Program-made: the position numbers and the translations under genes | Shown: in pieces, positions 51,620-64,000 of the stretch | Position numbering within the stretch: the stretch's first letter is position 1 | Layout: every line of letters starts with the position of its first letter | Source of the DNA: Octopus sinensis | Taxonomy: Eukaryota | NCBI RefSeq assembly: GCF_006345805.1 | Contig: NC_042997.1 | Span: 60,698,001-60,762,000 of the forward strand | DNA: 64,000 nucleotides | Reading direction: 5' to 3' | Notes under the pieces: generated by a model | Database searches by the model: none | Told to the model about the DNA's origin: nothing | Seen by the model: the letters and a program-made list of their open reading frames with translations, nothing else

Positions 51620-54466
51620 TAATTTTTCACTCATCACCATTTCTTAACTTAATGCATATATATATATATAAAGAAATGAGGTGAAGGAACAAGAAATGAA
51701 ATCAAAAGAAAGTTGAAAAAAAGGTGATAATGGAAGGGAGGGAAACACTGTAAAATACAATGTCTCCTGGTTGACAAAAAGCAGATATGCTAATTATGTC
51801 AAACTGCTTTTCTTTTACCTTCAGTCTCTCTTTAATCTTTCCCTCTCACTCTTTAAAACTCTACTGTAATATTTTCCCTGTCTTCTTGTTTATGACTCAT
51901 TTTCTTTTAATATATTTCTCTCTCTCTCACAATCTTTACACCCATCTCTTCATATCATCTTTTTCTTTATTTCTTTATATTGTTTCAGTCATTTGACTGC
52001 GGCCATGCTGAAGCATCACCTTTAGTCGAGCAAATCGATCCCAGGACTTATTCTTTGTAAACTTGGTACTTATGCTATTGGTCTCTCTTGCTGAACCGCT
52101 AAGTGACAGGGACATAAACACACCAGCATCGGTTGTCAAGCGGTGTTGGGGGGACAAACATAGACACACAAACATATACATACATATATATATGACGGGA
52201 TTCTTTCAGTTTCCGTCTACCAAATCGACTCACAAGGCTTTGGTCAGCCTGAGGATATAGTAGAAGACACTTTCCCAAGGTGCCATGCAGTGGGACTGAA
52301 CCCAGAACCATGTGGTTGGTAAGCAAGCTACTTACCACACAGCCACTCCTGCTCCTGTTTGCAACTTCTTGTCTCTCTATTTCTCTTCTACATCACACTC
52401 ACACTCTCAAATCTCCTCTTTTTCCAACACGCACACAGTTACATGTCACCCACTACAAGTTTAAGCCCAAAATATCTGGAAACAACCAAGCTATTCCTGC
52501 TTTTTCAATTCTGAACAGATAACAATCTATTACAAAGAAAAACTGTCATGAAGAGTTTAGTTCAGTGTTTCCCAAATTCTTTGCACCAAATTGCAAAACC
52601 TATTGACCAAAAAATGTTCCATCACCCACCTGCGTAAAAAACTACAATTTTTACAGAAATAGTGACAGTCAAAACAGAGCACCATGTTGCAACAAAAGCT
52701 ATTCAAATACATGATTGAAACTTATTTTAAAGTTGCAAGAAATGCCTCATGGAGAGAATTACACCAGAAGATTCCAGTATGCTCTAGAATGTACTTTAAC
52801 TCTGGATTTTTGACTTCATATCAATGCCAACAAAACACTAGCTGTAGAACATGTTTAATGAATTAATGTTCCTGAATAATGAAGCTGCAATTATTAAGGT
52901 TGGAGATCATGGTAAATGAGTTATTTTAGAATGTCATGACAGTTGCATGAAATTCATAATGAAACTCATCATTCATATAATACTTAGCTATATCCATTGT
53001 TTTTTTTGTTTTTTTTTGTAATGGAATAAATAGCTACCACTTTGGTATATTGCAAGTTGGTTGGTTGGGTAACTTCCATAAAAAAACAAAGCAAAACAAA
53101 AAAATGTATTCTGTGTGGATTGTTATGCTTATTGATTCAGATTTGAAGCAGTTCATTTAACTGTCTTCATCATTGCCAAGACTTTTGTCTCTAATAAGTT
53201 TGTTGATATGTATGCCAACATAGAGTTGGAGAGGTAGTATTACATAAAAATGCATAAAAGGTATATTTAGAATCAGTTACGAACTTATGAAATAGTGTTA
53301 ATAAGGAACAGAGATCAGACTACACTGTATTCTGCCATTCAGTTTTAAAAGAAATCTGCAACATATACACAAGAGAGCACAGGGACCCCATGATTTATGC
53401 ATGCAATAATGAATGACTTGACCTTTGCATCACTTTTATTTGCAATGCTAATAGAGCAAAATCGAAGCAGAACTTTTAACAAGACGGTTATACACTGACA
53501 GACATAATACCATGACCTCAAATTATTCAGACTGCTATTCCAACTGATTGTTCCATGGAAATGATGGTTTTATACCAAGAACACCCAGAAATAATTATTA
53601 TACTCAAAAGGTTGCAGTTTCTAGTAAAACTTCAGTTTTTCTATGTTCATAAATAAATCATAAGAGCAGGCTTTATCTGTTGATGGGTTACAACTGGAAG
53701 AGAACATTGCTTTTTTCATAGATAATGAAACAAGTTGCATGTGTAAGAGATGGAAGTCCTTGCATTCAAAATACTGGGATTAATATGATTTATTAAAAAC
53801 CTTTGAAGGTAGTGCCAAAGTATGGTCACAGTTCAATGGTTGAAACCAACACTAAATAATAAAAGAATAAAAGAAGCAACCACCTTTACAACTTAAATAA
53901 TAACCCTAAATCCCTTGAAATTTTTCTAGTGAATCCCTCTTATCCTTGTTGAAATTGAGGGTACTACAGTTATACTGATTATCATGTATATACCTATCCA
54001 CACAATATTGAATACCACAATTCTCCTAATGTTGGTTTAGTTTTCCTTTCTTTTTTTGAGACAGTAATCAGATCATCTTTACACCTAGTTTCTGTTGCTT
54101 TCTCATAGCTTACACCCACTCATATTCACACCAATTGCTTAGAAACCAATTTTAGCTTATTGCCAATATCATATATTCAATACAAAGAAAGACTATATAT
54201 ATGTTAAGAGGAGTGCAGAAAATTTAAAGATTACATAGTTTTATTATAGTGACAATATTTTCTTTGTGAACTAAGTCCATGATGGGGGTTTTAGTTCTTA
54301 GCATGTTTAATACTGATGTGTTTGGGAAAGGTATGAACAGAAAAAAAATTAATGAATCCATCACTAAACTGCATATGTATTTCTTTTAACTCATTGTTTT
54401 ATACACTAAAGTATTCTATGGTGTGTAAATCAATCAATCTTTCTCTTTCTCTCTCTCTCTCTCTAC

Positions 54467-54508
<42 letters not shown>

Positions 54509-57232
54509 TGCATTATTGACAGAATAATGTTGCATGAATTGGCATTCTTCAAACTTCAACTCTTCAGATCAACACACATTTTAATATAATATATGAGATG
54601 GTTTTAAAATAATATATTATTAGAAATTTTTCAGTAATGATACATTAACTGTTTTGATAACTATGTAATCTATGAAATATATTATCAATAAGTGGGACTT
54701 TTATGCAAATTTTATTTTGATAAATGGTTACCATCATATATAAATATAGCTTAGCTATGTCTGGTATGCATTAGCAACTTACTTTGTTCAAAGAATTGAA
54801 AGGTATAAAGATGCTAATTATTTGAAGCATTAGCGAAGAACAGCATCACATTTACTTGATATTGCTACTGTTTACTTGTCTTTGTGTTGTTCAGAAAGAC
54901 TTAGTGTAATTCATTTGACAAATATGTGTTACTATTAGTCAGATTCCCAAATAGGAGGATTGAAGAACAGTTGTTAGTGGTAATTTATAGTTATGGATAA
55001 ATGGGCTAATTTTGAAGAACATATGTGTGAAATAAAAAAATTCAAAATATTTGATGTTTATTATTTTTACAAGTCAAGAAAATTCTTTAATAATATATGT
55101 CTTCTCAACCAGCTGCTAGAGTTCAGTAATTTGTAAGGATAGGGTGTTCAACAAAATCAATAAGGTAATCATAAACAGCTGTAGTATAAAATGATATTTG
55201 AAGAGATATTAAATGACCAGCTCATGACTTATGAGTCCAAATCTACTGCAGATTTGGACTAACCTTTTGAATGTTAGCAACTAAAATTCCCTTTTGGTTT
55301 GTAAATAGATTATTTTGTGAGAAAATTCTGGCTAATTTGGAACCTTCTAGTTGAGAATTTAAAGTGTTATATAATGAATTACACATCAGTTGAAAAGACA
55401 TGATTCATCTTTATGACAGCTGACTTTCTTTAATGATTGTATATTATTTTCATTAGGTATGTTCACAGTAACTCTGGTGTATAAGTTGACCATTAAAACT
55501 GGATATAAAAGTGAAAGGTTAATTGAATCATCTAGTAGCTGGTTCAATCAGTAGTTTACCTTAGGACAGCTGGTACTATATGCTAGTTTAAAAAGCTAAA
55601 TCCATATTAAGGAGTCGGCAGAAGCTTGTGTATATATGCACACATCTATTCACACACATGCTCATATAAGACTAAGAAAATGGGACAAGAAATCATGTAA
55701 GTGCTATGAAAGTGGGATAAGAAATCCCTAAGAATGATTTCCATTAGTAACAATCTGTTTTTGTAGGGAATTCTGTAGAGTATAGGTGTGTTGTCTACTA
55801 ATGTTTTCCTATCTCCTAGTGTTTTTCACTGTATGCATGGTAACTGTTCTTTGATATAAGTGTGTATGCATAGACTTAATTTAGCAGTTAGTCTTGTAGT
55901 GTACAACTTCTATGTTTGCAATATAATTCATAAATTACATTAGTCATTTGTAGCTTTTTAGAAGGTTTATATGCTTGTGGTTTGAAAATAAGGATTTTAA
56001 TGAATAATAAGATTAATAATGGAGATATCATTCATAACAGCACAAGGCTAAAATAACGACAACACATGAACACACTAGTCTGAAACAAAAATTAACTCTA
56101 GACAGATGATGTATAAACATATTTATCAAAATTAAAATTCTGATGGAAATATCTATACCGATCATATTGGCCCTGTCTATTATAGAGAAGCAGCAGCACA
56201 TGATGACATCACTTTATCCAGTAGATGAGACTACGAAGGACTAGAAGATGGATTTAGGAACACTTTACAAGGAACTCAATGAAAATATGAAAATACCACA
56301 TTGAAAAAGATAAAACTAGAACACAGATTCTTCAATACCAGGTGTGTGTGTGTGTGTGTTCGTATACACATACACACATAAGGACACATATATACATATA
56401 CATACAATGGGTTTCTTTCAGCTTCAGTCTACACTATCCACTCGCAAGGCTTTGGCAAGCCCAGGGCTATAGTAGAAAACACCCAAGGATCCACTTCTTA
56501 CCACACAGCCATACTTGTGCCTCTTTCTCTCTCTCTTTCTCTCCATATATATATATATATATATATATAGATGCACACACACACACATCTTTTCTCATGC
56601 ATGTGAATTACTTTGTTTCAGACATCAAAGTTCCATCCCTTTTCTTTGACTTTTCTCAATTATCATTATGTATCATATAAATATCTGATTAACTATATTG
56701 ACTTCTTGCAAGTCAATAAAGCAAAGACAATTTGAAAATTTTATACTTTTTGGAAAAATCATTATTATTACTGAAAGGAAAGAAGCTCAATTTATAATCA
56801 AAACTGAGTCAAGAACTCAGTTAACTCATGACTTACCACTACTCCACAGTGCTCAGCAACAGCAGCCTAAAAGTCAAACATTTTTAATGGTTTCAACTTT
56901 AAACTGAGCTCAGTTTAATTGAGATTTTATCTGGTCTGTTACTTGTGGAAAAAAAAAATCTAGGATTATTATATGCATAAAAACATACAGAGCAAGTACT
57001 AGCAGAAGCTTATGAAAATAAAAACAGAACAAGATAAATGAAAGTACTCACATACAACAAACAACAGCTACTACTGATTGAAGAAGCAGCGACCAAAATA
57101 AAGTATAATACAGTTTTGTTAAGGTGATAAATGTTTAGTTTATAATGCAAGAAGATATTATTATGTAGCTATTTTCAGATCAATTTCTAAAATATTTGAT
57201 TTGATATTGATTTAATACATAGTATGACAGAA

Positions 57233-57265
<33 letters not shown>

Positions 57266-58613
57266 CAGAAAAGCCAGATAGATATATGAATGGAAAAACA
57301 GAAAGTGCAAGTTTCGCTAAAAAACAAAAAAACAACCCAAAATACTATTTATCCTAATTTTATGAAATATCAAATGTGTTTAAAAATAATTTTACCAATT
57401 AATTCACTGAATTAAGATGTATTTTTTATCTTGCCAAAATGTTGTTTTAACCATATCTGCTAATGATAATTTCTAACTTAAACAAAAGATCACAGATTTT
57501 AGGGAAAGGGTGTTGTCAATTAAATTGATACTAGTATTGATTGATAGTTATTTTATTGGCCCTGAAAAATATCTACTAATAATGCAACTATTAAATGCCA
57601 TAACATAACTTTTTCTCTTTTTTACAGCAAAACAATTTATTCTACCTTTGAGGTATTTATGCTCCTTCCTGATTTTTGATGCTCATTATCAGTAGTTTCT
57701 TTGAATATTATTGTTTATAATATATATTAAATGTCATATACAGTTATTATACCAAAAGGTGATATTTAACAATTGTTTTTCACTTATAAAATACCTCAGA
57801 CTACCAAATGGCAAATTGTAGCTAAACTTTGTTCAGTTCATTGAATTTTGTAATTCTAATAAATTATATTCGTATTCACACTGATTAAGTTTGCAGAAGC
57901 TAAAAGAAATAAAAAAATAAAACAAAATAATCATCATTATCCATTCATTTCCATTCTAATAATACTAGTTACTTTTAATGACTTATAGTCATCTTGTTAC
58001 TGTCTGTATAGTAAACATGCTGTCCCAGGTCAGCACTCATGGAGGTAACTTTTGATCAAAGGCAGTCCAGCCTTGTCCCCACTACCTTTATATATCCTTG
58101 AGTCAATTTTGTCTAATAAAGGGTGATGGAAATCAGAATCAGTAGAGCACTGAACAAAATACCATGCGTTTTATAATCTGTATTCAAATCCTATCAAGGC
58201 TGGCAGAATAAGTACTAATCAATATTATACTCAAAATCTTTGCTCATGTTAAAAAAATATATATAGGCAGACATTTCTATCATTGATGTTACGCTTAAAC
58301 CTCTACACGCCAATGTGTATTGGAAATATTGGCACAAGCTTGTATCACTTCTCTTTTTCTTTAAGATGAATTCTTTTTTAGAACATTTTTTTCAGTAAAA
58401 GAGTTTTAAATTTGAATGGAGAATATACTGTAAGTTAACAACTTAACAATAAAAGCTATTAACAGTGGAAATAAACTGAAGAATTTTTAGGAGGCAGATG
58501 AAAAGTGTTCAATCTGATTTAAGACACAGCATCAATACATATGGAGATTTTGCATATTTCAGGCCTGGACAATTCATGCCAGTATTACATATTACTGGCC
58601 AAGGAGATGTGAT

Positions 58614-58679
58614 ATTGGACTCCTGTGTGATAAATATCATATCCAAGTAGATATGATATTTATCATACAGGAATTCAAT
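58614..58679. repeat. 30-bp hairpin with 6-nt loop
   Basis: attggactcctgtgtgataaatatcatatc-caagta-gatatgatatttatcatacaggaattcaat. Confidence 0.9.
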
Positions 58680-60074
58680 CCATTGCAGATATATTACAAA
58701 TATTTCTTAATTTTACATATTTCAGTTCACAGTAGTTAAAAATAGGCACCAGATCCATTGGAAATGTTTTCTGAAATATGCAAGGGTTCTAACAAAGGTA
58801 GATTTATTTCTGATCTGTTTTATGCCCTGTAACTCTAAGTTCTGACCCTTGAAAACCTCCCAGGGATTAGGAGACGAGTACATTTAATCTGGTGTTCTGT
58901 CATTTTGCCATTCCAGCATCTTTTCCATTCTTACTGTTAATTTTGGATTTGATTATGCATATGCTTGTACATAGGATGAGTACAAAACATTTTTGAAGCA
59001 GTATTAGGTTAGTAGTGCTAACAGTTAGTGCATGCTGCTCCAATTTTTTACATTTTGCTTTCAGTTGCTGCAATTTCCCCGCCCTTTTTGTCGGGGATAA
59101 AAAAAAGAGTTGAATGTGTAAGTCTCCTGCTAATATTTGGTCACTCTACTACCATGACTTCTGTGGTTCCTTGTGATCATATACAGTAAGTGTATACCTT
59201 GCAGTTCTAAGCTAAACTGTAAAGGATCATGGTCCATCAGTGTGTGGACATACTCTGGTTTCACTCAACTACAATCTTAATGCTGGGGTCAACATAATCA
59301 ACTAGTCTTCCTCCTGCAAAAATCTCGTCTGCTTTCACAAATAGCAAGAGCAGATGAGACTGCCATAACTTGCAATCTATCTAGTAGGAAGTCATTCCAA
59401 ACAAAAACTATGGATGTTGCTTGTGCCTGGGTTCTTATTGTGTGTCACCTGAGGTTTTCAAAGTAAAGGGCAGACAAGGGCTTATGTCTAAAAATGGTAG
59501 AGCAGGGCTATAAATAGTTGTGTCTTGCATGTTTTTAAACAACAGTATAAAACCTAATAATAGATGAAAAAGTTATTTAAAATCCTTAATTTTATGGAGA
59601 ATTGAGATGGCTAGAGATGTCAGTGGAAGACTCGTCTGAAGATGAACTACATAATAATAATAATAATAATCCTTTCTATTATAAGCACAAAGCTGGAAAT
59701 TTTGCAGGAGGGAGACTAGTTGATTACATCAACCCCCAGAGTTGCACCAGTACTTATTTTACTGACTCTGAAATGATGAAAAGTAAAGTCAACCTTGGTG
59801 GAAATTGAACTCAGAATAAAAAAACTGAAAGAAATGCCACTGAACATTTTGTTTGATGTATTAAGAATTCTGCCAGCTTGCTGCCTTAATAATGGTTGCT
59901 ACTGTACTATGCTATACATTGACAGTTGATACAAATGAGATTGTGTGCTTTTTTTTTAGCAACTAACATATGTCCAGATGCATCAATTGAATTTGTTTCT
60001 CTAGTCTGTTCTTTTTTAGTTATGCTATGTATCTTAGCTGGATATCAGTTCCTACAAAAAGTGTCCAATTGCAA

Positions 60075-60431
60075 AATACAATGAATTCAATATATCCAGA
60101 ATAATGGTTTTTAAATAGTATTGTGAAAGAAATAAAGGAACATTATGAAAATTAAATTTTCCCCCAAAAGCAATAATTAAAGCCAGTCCATTCTGAAATC
60201 AAAACCAAGCTGAAAGCTCTATCTTTAAAGAATTATCTCCATACCCAACAGATATTTGAAACAGTAATGGAAAGGCTTAATATGTTAAGCCTTCATCAAA
60301 ACATAAGTTAAATATCCTTACTGTTAATAGCAATAAAAAAAGAAAGAATTTAAACAGAAAGACCTATATAATAAAAACAGCTTAATACTATTTAAAAACC
60401 ATTATTCTGGATATATTGAATTCATTGTATT
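60075..60431. repeat. Perfect 48-bp inverted repeat (60075-60122 / 60384-60431)
   Basis: aatacaatgaattcaatatatccagaataatggtttttaaatagtatt and its exact reverse complement. Confidence 0.97.
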
Positions 60432-60992
60432 AGTTTGTTTAATATTAATCTGAAAACCAATATAACTGTTGAATGGAGCATCCTTTCAATTGGAAGTAAC
60501 TTTTGAAAACCATGAGGAACTTGATAAATTCCTCATATGTCCATCTAAAATAGTAAGCATGTCTATATTTTAGAAATTTATATTTAAAGCAAAATTAAAG
60601 TAGCATTTCACTTTCTGATCTTGAAGTATTAAAAGGTTTAAGAATGTAATTTACTAGCTACTTGTTATTCTTTACATGAAATACAGGCATTTAAATGAAT
60701 TAATTATTCCTTTCATTTGCAAATTTAGCAAAGATCATATATTAATTTCATTCTAAAATCTATTTTAGTTTTTAAAATGAGTAATGCGGCTTAAAGAATA
60801 ATTTTTATTATTGAAAGAAGAAATGAAGAACAGCATGACATTTTCTACTTTGGCATTCTAGTTGACCTACTGTAGGCAATGCAGCATTAAAATAGATGAA
60901 ATTTCTAATTTGTGCAGTGTGCACATCTTAAAGGCATCTGGCAAGATTTGCATCCTAATATGTCTATTATTCATGCAAACTACTCCACTTAC

Positions 60993-61102
60993 CCTCTCTG
61001 ACTGACTACATTGAAGGCAGTTCATAACTTTGTTCCAGACTGATATAAGGCCATCAGATGAAGTGTTGGTAAATCTTGGAGATTCAAAGGTAGGAAAATA
61101 TT
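60993..61102 (-). CDS. Probable internal coding exon of the unidentified minus-strand gene
   Basis: Acceptor cttccttgtag|AA and consensus donor AGG|gtaagt. The 110-nt exon is open as (E/K/Q)YFPTFESPRFTNTSSDGLISVWNKVMNCLQCSQSER and ends in phase 0. Confidence 0.6.
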
Positions 61103-62102
61103 CTACAAGGAAGTTGGTGACAAATTCAGGAATGTTTTCAAAAACCCCAACAATGAAAATTTAGTTTGTATTGTTTACCAACAATACAGATTTAATTTGG
61201 AAAATATGAAAATATAGAAGAAATAAAAGAACAACCCTACATTGAAAGAAGAATTATAACTGATTAAACTTATAACTATAAAATTTGAAATCTTGAAAAT
61301 TATAACATATTTTAGTACTAAGTTATAAGAATCTTGTAAAGTATGAGTATACAATTATATACAATAAATAAATAAATAAATAAGATCTACATTTTTTCGG
61401 ATTATTTCTTTTAACATCACTTAGTTATATTGTTAAAAACTGAAAAATTTTACAAATTTTGAAATTTGCTTGAATTTAAAAGAAAAAGAATTTACTTAAT
61501 ACTGAAGTAGAAATTATGAGTATTTTGTGCTGCTTTTCTACGGAGCATAATTAAATAAGTGACTTTATATAACTTTTTATTTGAATAGTATAGTTGCTTT
61601 CTCACTTATGTACACACACATACATACACACATATATTCATATGCATATACACACTTTTTTTAATCAGAGGTTGTGGACAATTTTTGACTGTTCTAAACA
61701 ATAGCACCTAACCCTCCATAGGTAATTGTTGCTTTCCCTGTATGCACTTTATTCTACACATTAAAACATCCAGTTTTAACAATCTTAGACCTAAGACATG
61801 TGGTCTTGATGACATTTGTTTTGCACTGAGAAACAGTTTTGCCTATGTTAATACTCATAGCAAAAATGTTGCAGGTCCTCTTCATAATACACTACAATTC
61901 AATAAACAGTTCTAAACTACTGATTAAAAAGCCTCTAATTTTATTGTTAGCAAATAAATTTTGGCAATATGTGCTGATCCTACTAAATATGTAGGTGCTA
62001 AAGCTTTGGACACTAGATATATTTACTCAATTTATTTGATTTCCATTGAAGGGTATTTTACGAGAAATTTGTCACTTGCATTACTCAGATATTATTATCA
62101 TA

Positions 62103-62630
62103 AGTGCAGGTATGGCTGTGGGGTAAAATGTTTGATTCTGAGCCACATGGTTCTAAGTTGTCTTTTCTGTGCTTGTGTTTGTCTCTCAGCACCACTTGAC
62201 AACTGGTGCTGTTCTGTTTATGTTCTTGTAACTTTGTGACTTGGCAAAAAGAGGTTGATAAAATAAATACCAGGCTTAAAAAAAAGTACTGGAGTTGATT
62301 TGTTTGACTAAACTTTTTGAGGTGTGCCCCAGCATGGACGCAGTTCAAGGAATGAAACAAGTAAAAGATAAAAGACATATGTGCATGTTTGTGTGTGAGT
62401 CTTTAGGCTGGCACTTGTTTCTTCACTTCTTGACAACCAATGTTGGTTTGTTTACACCCCTGTAACTTAACTGTTCGGCACAAAAGACCAATAAAATAAG
62501 TACCAGACTTGAAATATATAAAAAAAACAAACAAAAAAAAAGTACTGGAGACAATTTGTTTGACTAAACCCTTTAAGTGGGTACGCCAGCATGGCCACAG
62601 TCCAATGACTGAAACAAATAAAAGATAAGA
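62103..62630 (+). mobile_element. SINE family A with a duplicated 3' half
   Basis: Two successive tails (...ccagcatggacgcagttc... and ...ccagcatggccacagtccaatgactgaaac...). Confidence 0.8.
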
Positions 62631-63699
62631 GATGAAATCAGCTCAGTACTTCACAAAAATTTAACTTTACAGACCCAGGGAAAGATGAAAAGGAAAGTTA
62701 ATTCAGTTGGCTATTTTTGCAAGCTAATTTATAGTAAGTATCTATTTTTGTTAGAGAAGATACCATGTCAAACAATATACATGTCTAATACAATTACTTA
62801 AAATTTTGAAATGTTACTTGAGCTGAAGAACATTATCAATGGTTATTGACCTGTTAGGAAATAGTTTTTGAACCTGTTAATGTGCCTCGCTTGTACATAC
62901 ATTAATATTTAAATTGGTTTAATGATTACCATGTCTATGTCAGTAATAGCTCTTAGAATTAAAAATTGTATGTATATGTTTGTGTGTATGTGTGAATATG
63001 TGTAGATGAGGGAGAGAGAAAATGAGAGGGAGAAAGGGAAAGAAAGAGATACTGAGGAGCTGAAGGATGAGAAGTGATATTTGCAATTTGATATTACAAG
63101 TTTTATGTTCACACTGCTGTCATTCATTTAAAATACTGCCTTAAGTAACTCAGTCTTTTATAAATCTATCATTAATAAAATAAATGGTAGTTCAATTTAA
63201 AAGAGGGAGAGCTAGGTCTCTTTTTTGATTAGCATAATGTCACTCACACACACAATCCAGCCTCTGGCCTAGTTGCACCATTTCCTCCTTTCTTTGTTTT
63301 TGCTATAGCTACTATAATGGCCCTTGCTTCCTGGTGCTGACTGTTTTCAGTAAAGCATTCCTGTCCCACTCATCTCTCTTTTTGTAATGTGTGTATGTGT
63401 GTGTATGTATTGAGAGTGAGTTTATATTTTTATATATTTATGCTTGTGTTGATAGGCTGGCTAATAGATGCATTACTTTAAGTTTTTGCAAAAGTTTCAC
63501 AAACACATAAGAAAAAGGCATCTGATTATTGGGAAGTTTATCTCAGTAGTACCCAAATGATTAGGTATGATGCTTTTTCTTATATGTGAAACCTTAAGTA
63601 ATGCATTTTCAAGTCAAACTATCATTATTAATATTTAAAGCACATGACATGTATTGAGCATCCTTTCCTTTTATTTGTACACATAGATGTGTGTGTGCA

Positions 63700-63890
63700 C
63701 ATGATAGATCGCTAGCCACTACACATTCTTTATTTTCTCTCCCTGTTTCTTTCTGTGCTCCTTTCTGTGGAAGAGCATGGGTTCAAACATTAAAGACTTT
63801 TTCACTTCCCGAGCATTAAACTAATACAATCTGTTTGTTGTCTACACCACCTGTCTTCGTTTTTTGTTTTTTTTTGTGAATTCTCCATAT

Positions 63891-63892
<2 letters not shown>
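63700..63892 (+). mobile_element. Second copy of the (TA)n-associated hammerhead-like repeat
   Basis: Reverse-complement homolog of 4262-4452; contains ctgtggaagagcatgggttcaaac and ends at (TA)n. Confidence 0.65.
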
Positions 63893-63924
<32 letters not shown>

Positions 63925-64000
63925 AACCCATGCTAGCATGGAGAACGGACGTTAAACGATGATGATGATGATGATGATATATATATATATATATATATAT

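Noticed and set aside
57640-57715. Possible extra minus-strand exon ending AAG|gtag
   Set aside because: The acceptor is weak and the phase-0 frame contains a stop.

Overview
AT-rich, repeat-dense animal genomic DNA, most likely from an octopus. That assignment rests on my recognition of the SINE, RTE-tail and (TA)n landscape, not on a search. Host genes: the last coding exon of folylpolyglutamate synthase (FPGS, + strand, 6393-6766), and the 3' end of an unidentified, convergently transcribed minus-strand gene. That gene has an internal exon at 60993-61102, an acidic terminal exon at 45688-45843 ending in a PDZ-type -TVV, and a possible alternative terminal exon at 50642-50686. The rest is transposon-derived or simple repeat: a young CR1-group LINE, RTE LINEs, a HERO-type RLE LINE, Penelope-like and Gypsy remnants, two DD36E Tc1 copies, three tRNA-derived SINE families, TTAA MITEs and very long (TA)n arrays. 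The most striking unexplained signal is about ten local inverted duplications (30-230 bp arms, each pair a different sequence). Several interrupt or truncate other elements, two are triplicated, and one folds across a (TA)n tract. This suggests recurrent fold-back or templated insertion rather than transposon TIRs. Also notable: a LINE/SINE shared 3' tail and hammerhead-like motifs in (TA)n-associated repeats.
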